DNA of 64,000 bases from Planctomycetota bacterium (GCA_047638675.1 JBLIML010000002.1:30017-94016); one strand, 5' to 3'. Numbered from the stretch's first letter, positions 11,383 through 21,205 are shown. Notes: generated by a model from the letters alone, not told the origin. Translations and numbers: made by a program.

Positions 11383-12291
11383 ATGGACACACTAAAACCC
11401 GAAGATGTACCTACGATAGAAAGTTTTGTTGGGAATACCCCTCTGGTTCGCTTGCAGCGAATTCCTGGCGATAGCACAAATTTATTGCTGGGAAAACTGG
11501 AAGGTAATAATCCGGCGGGTTCGGTTAAGGATAGACCAGCGATTAGTATGATAAAACATGCGCAAGCGCGCGGAGACATAAAACCCGGTGACGTATTGAT
11601 CGAAGCTACCAGTGGTAATACCGGCATTGCTCTTGCGATGGCGGCGGCGATAAAAGGTTATCGGATGATTTTAATCATGCCAGAGCATATGAGCGAAGAA
11701 CGCCGTGCGGCGATGAAAGCCTTTGGCGCAGAGATTGTTCTGGTTTCACAGGAACAAGGTATGGAAGGTGCTCGGGATCTGGCTGAAAAGATGGAGGCCG
11801 ACGGAAAGGGTATAGTTCTGGATCAATTTGCCAACCCGGACAATCCACTCGCACATTATGAGGGCACCGGACCGGAGATATGGCGTGATACCCAGGGTAA
11901 AATCACGCACTTTGTCAGTTCAATGGGAACCACCGGAACCATCATGGGTGTATCACAATATTTGAAAGAAAAAGACCCAGAAATACAGATTGTAGGCGTC
12001 CAGCCAGCCGGCGAGGACAGTATTCCCGGTATAAGACGTTGGCCGCAAGCCTATTTACCCAAAATATTTGACCGGGCACGTGTCGATCAGGTTATCGATG
12101 TGACTCAGGAAGAAGCGGAAGACATGACGCGACGATTGGCGGCGGAGGAAGGTATATTTGCTGGAATATCATCCGGCGGGGCATTGTCGGCCGCGCTTCG
12201 ACTATCACAGGAAGTCGAACACGCCGTCATTGTGACAATCATCTGCGACCGAGGTGATCGCTATCTGTCTACAAACGTTTTTCCGCATTAA
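11383..12291 (+). CDS. cysM: Cysteine synthase B (PLP-dependent)
   Basis: 302 aa, GNTPLVRLQRI...LEGNNPAGSVKDRPA...EATSGNTGIALAMAAA. Confidence 0.9.
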   Translation: MDTLKPEDVPTIESFVGNTPLVRLQRIPGDSTNLLLGKLEGNNPAGSVKDRPAISMIKHAQARGDIKPGDVLIEATSGNTGIALAMAAAIKGYRMILIMPEHMSEERRAAMKAFGAEIVLVSQEQGMEGARDLAEKMEADGKGIVLDQFANPDNPLAHYEGTGPEIWRDTQGKITHFVSSMGTTGTIMGVSQYLKEKDPEIQIVGVQPAGEDSIPGIRRWPQAYLPKIFDRARVDQVIDVTQEEAEDMTRRLAAEEGIFAGISSGGALSAALRLSQEVEHAVIVTIICDRGDRYLSTNVFPH

Positions 12292-12294
12292 TTT

Positions 12295-14373
12295 GTGTCG
12301 TCAATTGCGCCGTGGGTACTTTTCTTCTTCCTGTTTCAAACTCCTGTCAACGCTGCCGATACAATTAGTCTGCAACTCGATTCTCTGCAAACCTCATTTT
12401 TCAGCACCGGGGCAATAACCTTCACCTACGGACCGCAAGAGTCCGAATCGCCAGGTATCTCGCTTCAGGTTGTTAATATTCATTCTCCCTATATTGAAAA
12501 TAATTTAAGTATTTCATTACGTTGCATCGAATCCTCTTTCACCGGTCAAACTCTTGAGTGTGCTGAAGGTGAAATGCATATTGATTCTCCCGGAGAGGAG
12601 ATGATCGAAGCCCATTTCAATTTCCAGATAAATATTATTGATTATAGCGCTCAGTTAACAATGGTCGCCGCATCAAAATGGGGAAGTATCAAGGTATCTT
12701 ATGTGGCAAATGAACAAAGGCAATGGCATTTAGATGTAAACGGCGAGGCTGTATATATACCTGTTTTTTCCAAATTGATGCAATCGCAGTTAGACGTATT
12801 CAGGGAACACGTCATCACCGATGGAAAAGCAGATATACAAGCAAAAATAAACGGATTAGCAAGCAACATCAACGATGTTGCATTGACGCTGGATGTTATG
12901 GATCTTGGTATTGAAGGGCTAAGTATTCTGGATAAAGTGGGCTTACAGCTACAATCAGATTTCACGCGTTCCGGGCACGATTGGTCGTTTAATAATTCAC
13001 TCAGCCTGCTGGCAGGGGAGATGTATATTCAACCTGGTATGACGTTTTTAGGGGATACTCCGGGCTTTTACATCGCCTCGTCCGGCGATCCAGGCATAGT
13101 GAGAATAAACGGTAGCTGGTCAAGGGCCGAGAAAGTTGTCGAGCTGAGCGATCTTTACTATCTACATCCGAAAATTATTGAGATGCAAGGCAGTGCACGG
13201 GTAGTAATGGGAGAAGAAATAAATTTTTCCGATCTTGTCTTACAAGCGAAAGTTGAGGACATGAGTCAGACCTATCCGGTCTATATTCAACCCATTTTAT
13301 TGCAAACTAATTTCAGCAACCTGGAATTATCCGGTGCTTTGGATCTGAGTCTGGACTATCGGGATTCGAATTTGGAGAAAATGGACCTGCTGATAGAAGA
13401 CGTTTATTTAGATGATATCGAAAGTCGATTCAGTATTTCCGGACTTAATACCCATCTTGTTTTGGATAATATGCAAAAAGCTGTGCAATCAACTTTACAA
13501 TGGTCTGGAATGAGTTTTTATAAACTGGATTTTGGTTCGGGCGATATCGTGTTTGAATCCGTCGGTAAAGATGTAAACGTATTGCACTGGCAAGACGTGA
13601 GCATACTTGATGGTGCGCTAAAGATTGACGAGTTTTCTATTCGTAACTTTGCGAGTAGTGACTTTGAGCTCAAGCTCGGTGGCGAGCTAAAACCGATTTC
13701 CATGACGTCATTAACGCACGCTCTGGGTTGGACAATTTTCCCCGGCAAACTATCGGGCGGAATTTCCGGATTAAAATACGCGCATAATAAGCTGCAACTT
13801 GAGGGGGATATTTCGGTAAGTCTGTTCGGTGGGCTTCTCAATATTCGCGAATTGCAAGTCGAGGATCTGTTCAGCTCTTACTCTGTGTTAACGACGGATA
13901 TTAAAATCGACAGGCTTGATCTGGAACAACTGACCGACGTGTTTACCTTTGGAAAAATCGAAGGCAGTCTCAGTGGCAGGATGGACAAGTTAAGGCTTGA
14001 AGACTGGAAACCAAGTTATTTTGAAGCAGAATTCGCGACACTGCTAGACGACGATAAGCCACATCGTATAAGTCAAAAGGCGCTTGAAAACCTCAATGAA
14101 CTGGGTGGGGGACTGGGCGGTACCTTATCCAGGGGTTTTCTTCGCTTCCTGCCTGCCTATTCATACGGGCGACTGGGCTTAAGTTGCAGACTATTCAATG
14201 GGGTCTGCGAATTGGGTGGTGTGGAAGACAGTGGCGAGAGTTTTTCTATATTGACCAAAGGAGGCCTATTACCTCCCTGGGTAGAGGTTAAGGGTGCGGG
14301 ACGTTCCATAAAATGGGATGATCTCATTGACGGACTAAAACAGATCGCAAAAGGCGATGTTGAGATAGAATAA
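12295..14373 (+). CDS. Large secreted/envelope protein, YdbH-like (AsmA-like family) candidate
   Basis: 692 aa, GTG start 3 nt after cysM, N-terminal signal/anchor MSSIAPWVLFFFLFQTPVNA, beta-rich repetitive body. Followed by a DUF1318/YdbL-like gene as in the ydbH-ynbE-ydbL locus. Family call rests on context and C-terminal resemblance from memory. Confidence 0.5.
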   Translation: MSSIAPWVLFFFLFQTPVNAADTISLQLDSLQTSFFSTGAITFTYGPQESESPGISLQVVNIHSPYIENNLSISLRCIESSFTGQTLECAEGEMHIDSPGEEMIEAHFNFQINIIDYSAQLTMVAASKWGSIKVSYVANEQRQWHLDVNGEAVYIPVFSKLMQSQLDVFREHVITDGKADIQAKINGLASNINDVALTLDVMDLGIEGLSILDKVGLQLQSDFTRSGHDWSFNNSLSLLAGEMYIQPGMTFLGDTPGFYIASSGDPGIVRINGSWSRAEKVVELSDLYYLHPKIIEMQGSARVVMGEEINFSDLVLQAKVEDMSQTYPVYIQPILLQTNFSNLELSGALDLSLDYRDSNLEKMDLLIEDVYLDDIESRFSISGLNTHLVLDNMQKAVQSTLQWSGMSFYKLDFGSGDIVFESVGKDVNVLHWQDVSILDGALKIDEFSIRNFASSDFELKLGGELKPISMTSLTHALGWTIFPGKLSGGISGLKYAHNKLQLEGDISVSLFGGLLNIRELQVEDLFSSYSVLTTDIKIDRLDLEQLTDVFTFGKIEGSLSGRMDKLRLEDWKPSYFEAEFATLLDDDKPHRISQKALENLNELGGGLGGTLSRGFLRFLPAYSYGRLGLSCRLFNGVCELGGVEDSGESFSILTKGGLLPPWVEVKGAGRSIKWDDLIDGLKQIAKGDVEIE

Positions 14374-14444
14374 TACCCGCAGCGGAACGAACAGAGCTAT
14401 TCTGGTCTTATTTATAAGTAAACACGAAAAATAGAGGAAGAACT

Positions 14445-15053
14445 ATGCAAGCATTGAAAAAATACCCGTTTATTAGCTCATTATTATTACTGACTGCCTG
14501 CGTGACGATTAATGTCTACTTCCCAGCCGCTGCCGCAGAAAGCGCTGCTGACAAAATTATCCAGGAAGTCTATGGTGATGAAGCCGTGGATGAAAACTCG
14601 AATAATTCGCAGGACGATTCACAGACAAGTACAAATCAGCCGGAAGCGAATATATTGATCAGTTTTTTACAAAGCATCATTCCCGCAGCCCAGGCTCAGC
14701 AACCAGATATTAATGTTTCTTCACCTGGCATTAATAAACTGAAATCCTTGATGAAGCAGCATCATAGGGAACTTAGCCCCTATTACGGTAGCGGTGCCGT
14801 GGGTATGGAGAGCAATGGTCTAATTACCCTACGTGATGCCAAAGCGGTTGAACTAAAGGAACGTAATATCGTTAAAAAACTGGTAGCAGATGAAAACCGT
14901 GACCGAAGTCAACTTTATAAGGAAATTGCTTCAGCCAATGGGCATCCTGAGTGGGAAACCGAGATACGCAACACATTTTCCCGTCGTTGGATAACAAATG
15001 CGCCTGCAGGCTGGTGGTACAAAGATGCAAATGGGGAGTGGCAAAAAAAATAG
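14445..15053 (+). CDS. Lipoprotein with C-terminal DUF1318/YdbL-like domain
   Basis: Lipobox LLLTAC. C-terminal GAVGMESNGLITLRD...LVADENRDRSQLYKEIASANG...GWWYKDANGEWQKK resembles YdbL. The N-terminal half is extra (see findings). Confidence 0.6.
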   Translation: MQALKKYPFISSLLLLTACVTINVYFPAAAAESAADKIIQEVYGDEAVDENSNNSQDDSQTSTNQPEANILISFLQSIIPAAQAQQPDINVSSPGINKLKSLMKQHHRELSPYYGSGAVGMESNGLITLRDAKAVELKERNIVKKLVADENRDRSQLYKEIASANGHPEWETEIRNTFSRRWITNAPAGWWYKDANGEWQKK

Positions 15054-15074
15054 CCATCAATCTTTTATTGCAAT

Positions 15075-15851
15075 ATGAATATTCTGGTTTTTGATATTGA
15101 AACGATCCCCGACGTTGAATCCGGTAAACGACTATATAAGCTTGATGGCTTATCTGATAAAGAAGCTGCGGAAGTCATGTTTACACGCAGGCGTCAGGAA
15201 ACGGATGGCAACAGTGATTTTATACGACATCACCTGCAAAAAATCGTAGCAATTTCTGTGGTTCTGTCGACTAGCGACAAGATCGCCGTATGGACCCTGG
15301 GAAATGCGGATTCTTCGGAAAAAGAAATACTCCAACGCTTCTTTGAAGGGATAGAAAAGTATACGCCAACTTTGGTGTCCTGGAATGGCAGCGGTTTTGA
15401 TTTACCGGTAATACATTATCGCTCCTTGTTGCACGGTGTTCAGGCTCCGCGATACTGGGAGACCGGGAGTGATGACCAGAGTTTTCGCTGGAATAACTAT
15501 CTTGGTCGTTTCCATGAACGTCATACGGATTTGATGGATGTTATCGCAGGCTATCAGTATCGCTCAGTGGCGCCTTTAACAGAAATAGCCAGCATGTTGG
15601 GATTTCCCGGCAAGATGGGAATGAGCGGTGACAAAGTATGGGACAGCTATCTCGATGGTGAATTAGATTTAATTCGGAACTATTGCGAATCAGATGTATT
15701 GAATACCTATCTTGTCTATCTACGTTATGAATTAATCCGAGGGCATTATTCACAAAGTACTTACGATGCTGAATGTGAACGGCTTAAAGAAATGCTACGC
15801 AGAGAAAAAAGATCACACCTGGATGAGTTCCTGACTGCCTGGGAAGGATAA
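15075..15851 (+). CDS. Predicted 3'-5' exonuclease (PolB-exonuclease-like, DEDD fold)
   Basis: 258 aa, MNILVFDIETIPD..., SWNGSGFDLPVIHYR, YCESDVLNTYLVYLRY. Confidence 0.6.
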   Translation: MNILVFDIETIPDVESGKRLYKLDGLSDKEAAEVMFTRRRQETDGNSDFIRHHLQKIVAISVVLSTSDKIAVWTLGNADSSEKEILQRFFEGIEKYTPTLVSWNGSGFDLPVIHYRSLLHGVQAPRYWETGSDDQSFRWNNYLGRFHERHTDLMDVIAGYQYRSVAPLTEIASMLGFPGKMGMSGDKVWDSYLDGELDLIRNYCESDVLNTYLVYLRYELIRGHYSQSTYDAECERLKEMLRREKRSHLDEFLTAWEG

Positions 15852-15935
15852 AATACATCTCATCAGCATGAATAAATGCATTGTGTCTGATGTCTATCTT
15901 TCAACTATTTAATTTCAAACTCTGGTTACTTAATA

Positions 15936-17264
15936 ATGTCCCGTCGCCGTAAAAAACTGCCTGTCGAGCCGGTCGAAACTATTATCGAATCCTTGTCGCA
16001 TGAAGGTCGTGGTGTCAGTCATATTGATGGCAAAACAATCTTTGTTGATGGTGCGCTTGTTGGTGAGACCGTTACGTTTCGTTATCGGCGGAGCCATTCC
16101 CGTTATGCAGAGGGCAGTCTTGAAGAATTAATTGCAAATACTTCAATTGATAGAGTCGAACCCAAATGCAAACACTTTTCAATTTGCGGTGGCTGTAGTT
16201 TGCAGCACATGGCCACCGTCAAACAGATTCAGCATAAGGAAAGTGTGTTGTTAGAACAATTAGAGCACATAGGTGGTGTGAAGCCAGCACAGATATTGCC
16301 TGCGTTGACTGGTCCCTTGTGGGGCTATCGTCACAAGGCACGCCTCGGCGTAAAACATGTTCTAAAAAAAGAAAAGGTATTGGTTGGATTTCGCGAAAAA
16401 TACAGCTCTTATGTCGCAGATATTGATAGTTGTGAAGTATTGCATCCGGCGGTGGGACTGATATTGAATGAGCTTGCCACCTTGATTGCCGATCTCACCG
16501 TACACAATAAGATTGCCCAAATTGAAGTTGCCGTCGCCGAGAATCGGACGGCATTAATATTTCGTAATCTGGCTGACTTAACTAGTGAGGACGTGATGAA
16601 ACTCGATGCCTTTGCGAATGAACATCAGCTGGTCATCTACTTACAGCCGGGTGGGCCGACTACCGTGGTGCCTTTGTCTGGGGAAAGTGAGGAAGATTTG
16701 TCTTACCATCTGGATGAAGGTGATATCACTATTCACTTTGCACCTTCAGATTTTACCCAGGTTAATGTAGAAATTAATCAGCAAATGGTAAAACAGGTGG
16801 TGACTTTACTGGACATTAAAGCTGAAGATAACATCCTCGATTTATTCTGCGGTCTTGGGAATTTTACCTTACCAATAGCCAGACGTGCAGCTCACGTCAT
16901 GGGTGTAGAAGGAGCACAAACCCTGGTAGAAAAAGCCAGGCTAAATGCCCGGCTGAATAATATTGTTAACGCAGAATTCCTGACAGCTGACCTGTCGGAA
17001 CCATTGACACAGCCGAATTTCAGTTTTGATAAATATAACAAGATATTACTGGATCCTCCCCGCAGTGGTGCGCAAGCAGTTATAGAACAGATGATGATGA
17101 AAAATGTAAGCAAGCTCGTGTACGTGTCCTGTAACCCTGCCACCCTGGCCCGGGACGCGGGCATTCTGGTTAATAAAAAGGGCTATAAACTTGTCTGTGC
17201 GGGCATCATGGATATGTTTCCCCATACAACGCATGTGGAATCCATTGCAATGTTTGAACGCTAA
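15936..17264 (+). CDS. rlmD: 23S rRNA (uracil1939-C5)-methyltransferase
   Basis: 442 aa, TRAM domain, Fe-S cysteines CKHFSICGGCSLQH, SAM fold LDLFCGLGNFTLP, catalytic YVSCNPATLARD. Confidence 0.9.
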   Translation: MSRRRKKLPVEPVETIIESLSHEGRGVSHIDGKTIFVDGALVGETVTFRYRRSHSRYAEGSLEELIANTSIDRVEPKCKHFSICGGCSLQHMATVKQIQHKESVLLEQLEHIGGVKPAQILPALTGPLWGYRHKARLGVKHVLKKEKVLVGFREKYSSYVADIDSCEVLHPAVGLILNELATLIADLTVHNKIAQIEVAVAENRTALIFRNLADLTSEDVMKLDAFANEHQLVIYLQPGGPTTVVPLSGESEEDLSYHLDEGDITIHFAPSDFTQVNVEINQQMVKQVVTLLDIKAEDNILDLFCGLGNFTLPIARRAAHVMGVEGAQTLVEKARLNARLNNIVNAEFLTADLSEPLTQPNFSFDKYNKILLDPPRSGAQAVIEQMMMKNVSKLVYVSCNPATLARDAGILVNKKGYKLVCAGIMDMFPHTTHVESIAMFER

Positions 17265-17755
17265 TGAATAACGACAAGTGGATAGAAATAAGCCTGTCGG
17301 CACAAACGCTCAGTTTGTTGTCAAAGAAAGGACAGATAAAACACTATCCTGTCTCCAGTGCCAAAAACGGTGCTGGCGAAATTATGGACAGTGAATGCAC
17401 ACCTCGCGGTAAACATGTTATTGCCGAAAAGATAGGCGCCTCAAGTGAGGTCAACACTGTTTTTGTCGGCAGACAAGCGAGCGGTGAAATATATGAACCT
17501 TCCTTACGAAAGCGACATCCAGAGCGCGACTGGATATTGACCCGTATACTCTGGTTGCGCGGCACGGAACCCGGTCTCAACATGGGCGGCAAGGTCGATA
17601 GTTTCGATCGTTATATCTATATTCATGGCACGCCCGACGATGTAGACATGAATGTCTGTGGTTCTCGAGGCTGCATTCGATTACGCAATCAGGACGTTAT
17701 CGATTTATTCGAGCAGGTGGAAGAGGGGACATCGGTAATTATTACGGAGGACTAA
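17264..17755 (+). CDS. L,D-transpeptidase (YkuD) domain protein
   Basis: 163 aa, YIYIHGTPDD...GSRGCIRLRNQDVIDLF (His / Cys-x-Arg catalytic motif). Confidence 0.8.
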   Translation: MNNDKWIEISLSAQTLSLLSKKGQIKHYPVSSAKNGAGEIMDSECTPRGKHVIAEKIGASSEVNTVFVGRQASGEIYEPSLRKRHPERDWILTRILWLRGTEPGLNMGGKVDSFDRYIYIHGTPDDVDMNVCGSRGCIRLRNQDVIDLFEQVEEGTSVIITED

Positions 17756-17787
17756 TCTGTATTGGCGGCACTTCATCTCGTCTTAAT

Positions 17788-17866
17788 GACTGCTACACCC
17801 CTGAAAGCAGACCCTCAGGCAATCCGGGCATATACTTCTGCAAATGACCCACTGCGGTCATTGAAC
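17788..17866. repeat. REP-like hairpin repeat cluster, copy A
   Basis: gaCTGCTacacccctgaaAGCAGac followed by ATGACCcactgcGGTCAT; related to the units at 18648-18775, 21206-21240 and 21781-21906. Confidence 0.5.
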
Positions 17867-17950
17867 ATGCCTGAACAATTTGAAAGCGGACGTTTGAATT
17901 AACGTCCTGTGTAAGTTGCGTCGCTTTTTTGCGTCAACTTGACACATTTG

Positions 17951-18205
17951 TTAGCTGATAAGTCTGTCATAATCTGCATGACTTCCAATCCAGAACCAAA
18001 CTATGTCAGAGTCTGTTTCAATACCTAATGCACGATAATGGATACCGACGCGAACCGATCTGTAATTCTTAACTTTTTTGAAATGAAGGGAATGATGGGA
18101 GGGATCTTCACTGAGTAATTGATAATTCTTCCTTGCTAAGTTTTGAATTGATTCGGGCAATTTATCGAAACCAGCCCAAAAGTCCGGGGTCGTAAAATGT
18201 TTCAC
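17951..18205 (-). CDS. Type II toxin, ParE/RelE-superfamily (ParE-like) toxin
   Basis: 84 aa, ...HHSLHFKKVKNYRSVRVGIHYRALGIETDSDIVWFWIGSHADYDRLIS. 4-nt overlap with the upstream small gene. Confidence 0.7.
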   Translation of the reverse strand: MKHFTTPDFWAGFDKLPESIQNLARKNYQLLSEDPSHHSLHFKKVKNYRSVRVGIHYRALGIETDSDIVWFWIGSHADYDRLIS

Positions 18206-18405
18206 ATTTCTTTAGTTTCTCCGGACTTGTGATATTTCAATGCTGTTGTGCCGAGTTCATTTAGTTTTCCTGAATCAATATCCTGCTGTATTTGTGAATC
18301 CCAATTCTTAGCATCAAATTCAGAAAACCATGAGCGAAATTCCTTCAGCTCAGAGTTTGGAAGGCTGGCAATGGCCTTTTCGATCTCTTTTGCAGTATTC
18401 ATCAT
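18202..18405 (-). CDS. Cognate antitoxin (addiction-module component)
   Basis: 67 aa, acidic/helical, directly upstream of and overlapping the toxin (ATGA); SD aggaga upstream. Confidence 0.6.
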   Translation of the reverse strand: MMNTAKEIEKAIASLPNSELKEFRSWFSEFDAKNWDSQIQQDIDSGKLNELGTTALKYHKSGETKEM

Positions 18406-18647
18406 AATTTCTCCTAATTATCGCGATTTTACTCCTTTTCTCTAGATTGTCATTATTCCGTATTCAGCTAACAGGTATTAGATGGAACCTTTCGTCCGTA
18501 TAGTTCGGAAGGAGAAATAAAGTATGTCATCGAAAGTACATTTTATTCAAAGCGTTATTGTACATCCTGTGTGATCCTCAAAATTACTATCGAGACCCGG
18601 ATAATTATGCGCTGATTATCATCCATATCAATATGTGAATGTTGGTT

Positions 18648-18775
18648 TTTGGCACACAAGAGCCATTTGCCGAGGAATAAACTGTATACCCTGACGGCTG
18701 CTTTACTCCCAGGAGCAGACCCCTAAAAAAATCACGAGTGTACTTCAGCATCCGACCCTAAGCGGACATTTGCTG
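18648..18775. repeat. REP-like hairpin repeat cluster, copy B
   Basis: tggcacacaagagccattt, then ggCTGCTttactcccaggAGCAGac, then gaccctaagcggacattt; similar to copies A, C and D. Confidence 0.5.
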
Positions 18776-18833
18776 AGAACTTTATAATCGAATTAATTAA
18801 CTTTCCTCTCCTCGTATTTGAATGGAATAGAGG

Positions 18834-19715
18834 TTAGAAATATTTCGAAGCTAATCCTTCAATTAAATTTCTTTGCTGTTCAATAATATCGATTAAAAAC
18901 TCTCTGCATACCCGTACTCTCGCCGTGGATCTCAGGTCCGCATGACTCAATACCCAAACCCCCCATGTCGAAGGTGTTAATGACACATCGATACGACGTA
19001 AACTAAGTTCTGCGTCTGCGACGTAACAAGGCATTCTGGCCAGACCCATATGATTTCTAACTGCCTCCATCATGGTCATTATCTCGCTGACTCTGGCAAC
19101 AACCCGCCCACCCTGGTAATGATCATTGACCCATTCAGGCGTGTCGCGTTCATGTTCCCAGAGTATTAGTTTTTCACTTTCGCGTTTCTTTTTCAGGTAG
19201 GAGGTGCTGCCATAGACACCGTGACCCAATGGCAAAATCTTTCGGCCAATTAAATAGTCGGGTGGTTTAGATGATAATCGTAAGGCAATATCCGCCTGAC
19301 GGCTGGCGAGGTCGACCAGACTGGTGGATGAAAGCAGTTCAATCTCTATACCGGGGTATTGCTCGGTAAATTGATGCAGGCGAGGTGTTATTAGCCGCGT
19401 AAAAATATCATAAGAAGCGGCAAGCCTTAATGCACCTTCTAATTGCGCATCCATTCCGAACACTTCCCGATCAACTGCCTGCGCCACTTCTTCCATTGCT
19501 AGCGCGTGTTGATAGAGGTTTTCAGCCACCTGGGTCATGGCATAGCCACTGGGCAAACGATCAAATAAACGACTACGCAACTTTTCTTCCAGCGCACTGA
19601 TGCGTCGGGCAACAGTGGTGTGCTTTACTTCCAACACCCTACCAGCACCACTGACAGTTCCTTCTCTGGCCAGAGCCAAAAAGAAACGCAGGTCATCCCA
19701 ATTCAATGTGGACAT
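18834..19715 (-). CDS. LysR-family transcriptional regulator
   Basis: Track ORF begins at GTG 19742, but ATG 19715 (MSTLNWDDLRFFLALAREGTVSGAGRVLEVKHTTVARRISALE) gives the standard LysR N-terminus and clears the palindrome at 19738-19775. Confidence 0.9.
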   Translation of the reverse strand: MSTLNWDDLRFFLALAREGTVSGAGRVLEVKHTTVARRISALEEKLRSRLFDRLPSGYAMTQVAENLYQHALAMEEVAQAVDREVFGMDAQLEGALRLAASYDIFTRLITPRLHQFTEQYPGIEIELLSSTSLVDLASRQADIALRLSSKPPDYLIGRKILPLGHGVYGSTSYLKKKRESEKLILWEHERDTPEWVNDHYQGGRVVARVSEIMTMMEAVRNHMGLARMPCYVADAELSLRRIDVSLTPSTWGVWVLSHADLRSTARVRVCREFLIDIIEQQRNLIEGLASKYF

Positions 19716-19737
19716 CTCGGTTCCCGTTAATAATGAC

Positions 19738-19775
19738 TGCACATATTATGTGCATAAATGCACATAATATGTGCA
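19738..19775. promoter_or_regulatory. 38-bp perfect palindrome, probable LysR operator in the divergent promoter region
   Basis: TGCACATATTATGTGCAT-aa-ATGCACATAATATGTGCA: 18-bp arms with a 2-nt spacer, each arm itself an inverted pair of TGCACAT. Lies between lysR (-) and the tautomerase gene (+). Confidence 0.6.
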
Positions 19776-19905
19776 TTATTAATTATATACAATCCCTAAA
19801 GCACAGACAAGTATATCAAACACACTCCACGTAAATAGAAGAACAATGGCGTGGAAATAAATTGAAATTCGACAACTTAAATTAACGATTAACAGGAGAA
19901 ATATC

Positions 19906-20316
19906 ATGCCACTTACATTAACGACAACTGAAGACGTACTACCCACAGGCTCCAAAAAACAGGCTGTTAAGGAACTTACAGACGCCATGCTGAAATGGCA
20001 CGGTCTGACAGGTAACAAGGTGATGACACCAAACATAACCGCTACGGTTCATGTCTTGCCCAAAGGCGCCACCTTCTCAGGCGGCGAGGAATTTTCCGGT
20101 GTCTGGGCTGAATGGAAGGTGCCCTCATTTGCCTTTAGTACTAGAGAAATTCAACAGGGCTATTTTGAGGATGTGACGAACATCATCCATGAGCTCTCGG
20201 GGAGGAAACAACCCAAAGAAAACATTTATGTCAATGTCATTCATACGGTTGATGGTGCCTGGAATTTTGATGGCCGGGCGATGACGAATGAAGAAATAGT
20301 CGCAGCTATTAGCTAG
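19906..20316 (+). CDS. Tautomerase-superfamily protein (Pro-1 type, ~136 aa)
   Basis: Begins Met-Pro (MPLTLTT...). Size and two-halves layout fit the long tautomerase-superfamily members. Divergent from lysR. Confidence 0.55.
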   Translation: MPLTLTTTEDVLPTGSKKQAVKELTDAMLKWHGLTGNKVMTPNITATVHVLPKGATFSGGEEFSGVWAEWKVPSFAFSTREIQQGYFEDVTNIIHELSGRKQPKENIYVNVIHTVDGAWNFDGRAMTNEEIVAAIS

Positions 20317-20385
20317 CGCTTACATGAACAGCGTGTTTGTTGTTCCAATATTTAAATTTAATCTACATCATACGAGGACTTTACA

Positions 20386-21138
20386 ATGAAAAATTACTTA
20401 CTGGTACACGGCGCATGGGGCGCTGCAGCAGAATTCGACGAAGTTGTTAAACTTTTATCCGATGACGGTAGTCGCATCACGTCCATTGATTTGCCTGGTC
20501 ACGGTGAGAACAAGGCGGCTATTGACAAAATCACCATGGATGCCTACGTGCAAACAGTGGTTGATACCATCAATACAATTAATGAAAAGGTTATTCTTGT
20601 TGGTCACTCTTTGGCCGGCGCAATAATATCCCAGGTAGCTGAAGTTATTCCTGATAGCATTGACCGACTAATTTATGTGGCTGCTATGCTGCCAAAGACC
20701 GGAGACACCCCGCTTGGCTTGATGGAAAGTGATGAAAAGGGCGAATTGCTGTCGAGAGTGACCTTTTCTGATGATCAAAGCTTCGGCACGATAAATGAGT
20801 CTGACGTTCGTGAAGTATTACTCCATGACGTAGATGATGAGGCCCTGATTACCAAATCGATGCCAATCTTTTTGATAAAACAGGCAGTCCAACCCTTTAC
20901 AGCGTCTGCCCAACTGAGCGATGAGAATTTTGGATCAGTCCCCAAATATTATATTCGGGCGACTCAGGACAAAGTGCTCTCGCCAAAGTTACAAGATGAA
21001 ATGCTTACCAACTGGAAAGTGGAACAGGTATTTACTTTGAAGTCAGGGCATTTCCCATTAACCTCAATGCCAGAACACCTTGTTGATACTATCAGGATGT
21101 CTAGCGCTGTAAATGAAACAAAGCAGAAGGTAGCTTAA
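20386..21138 (+). CDS. Alpha/beta-hydrolase fold esterase
   Basis: 250 aa, LLVHGAWG..., nucleophile elbow GHSLAG, C-terminal SGHFP (His). Confidence 0.85.
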   Translation: MKNYLLVHGAWGAAAEFDEVVKLLSDDGSRITSIDLPGHGENKAAIDKITMDAYVQTVVDTINTINEKVILVGHSLAGAIISQVAEVIPDSIDRLIYVAAMLPKTGDTPLGLMESDEKGELLSRVTFSDDQSFGTINESDVREVLLHDVDDEALITKSMPIFLIKQAVQPFTASAQLSDENFGSVPKYYIRATQDKVLSPKLQDEMLTNWKVEQVFTLKSGHFPLTSMPEHLVDTIRMSSAVNETKQKVA

Positions 21139-21205
21139 ACAGCAGGCGGGGTTTGTTCGTAATTCAGTAATTGAACAAACCTCGCTAGCGTCGAAGGTTC
21201 CGAGT

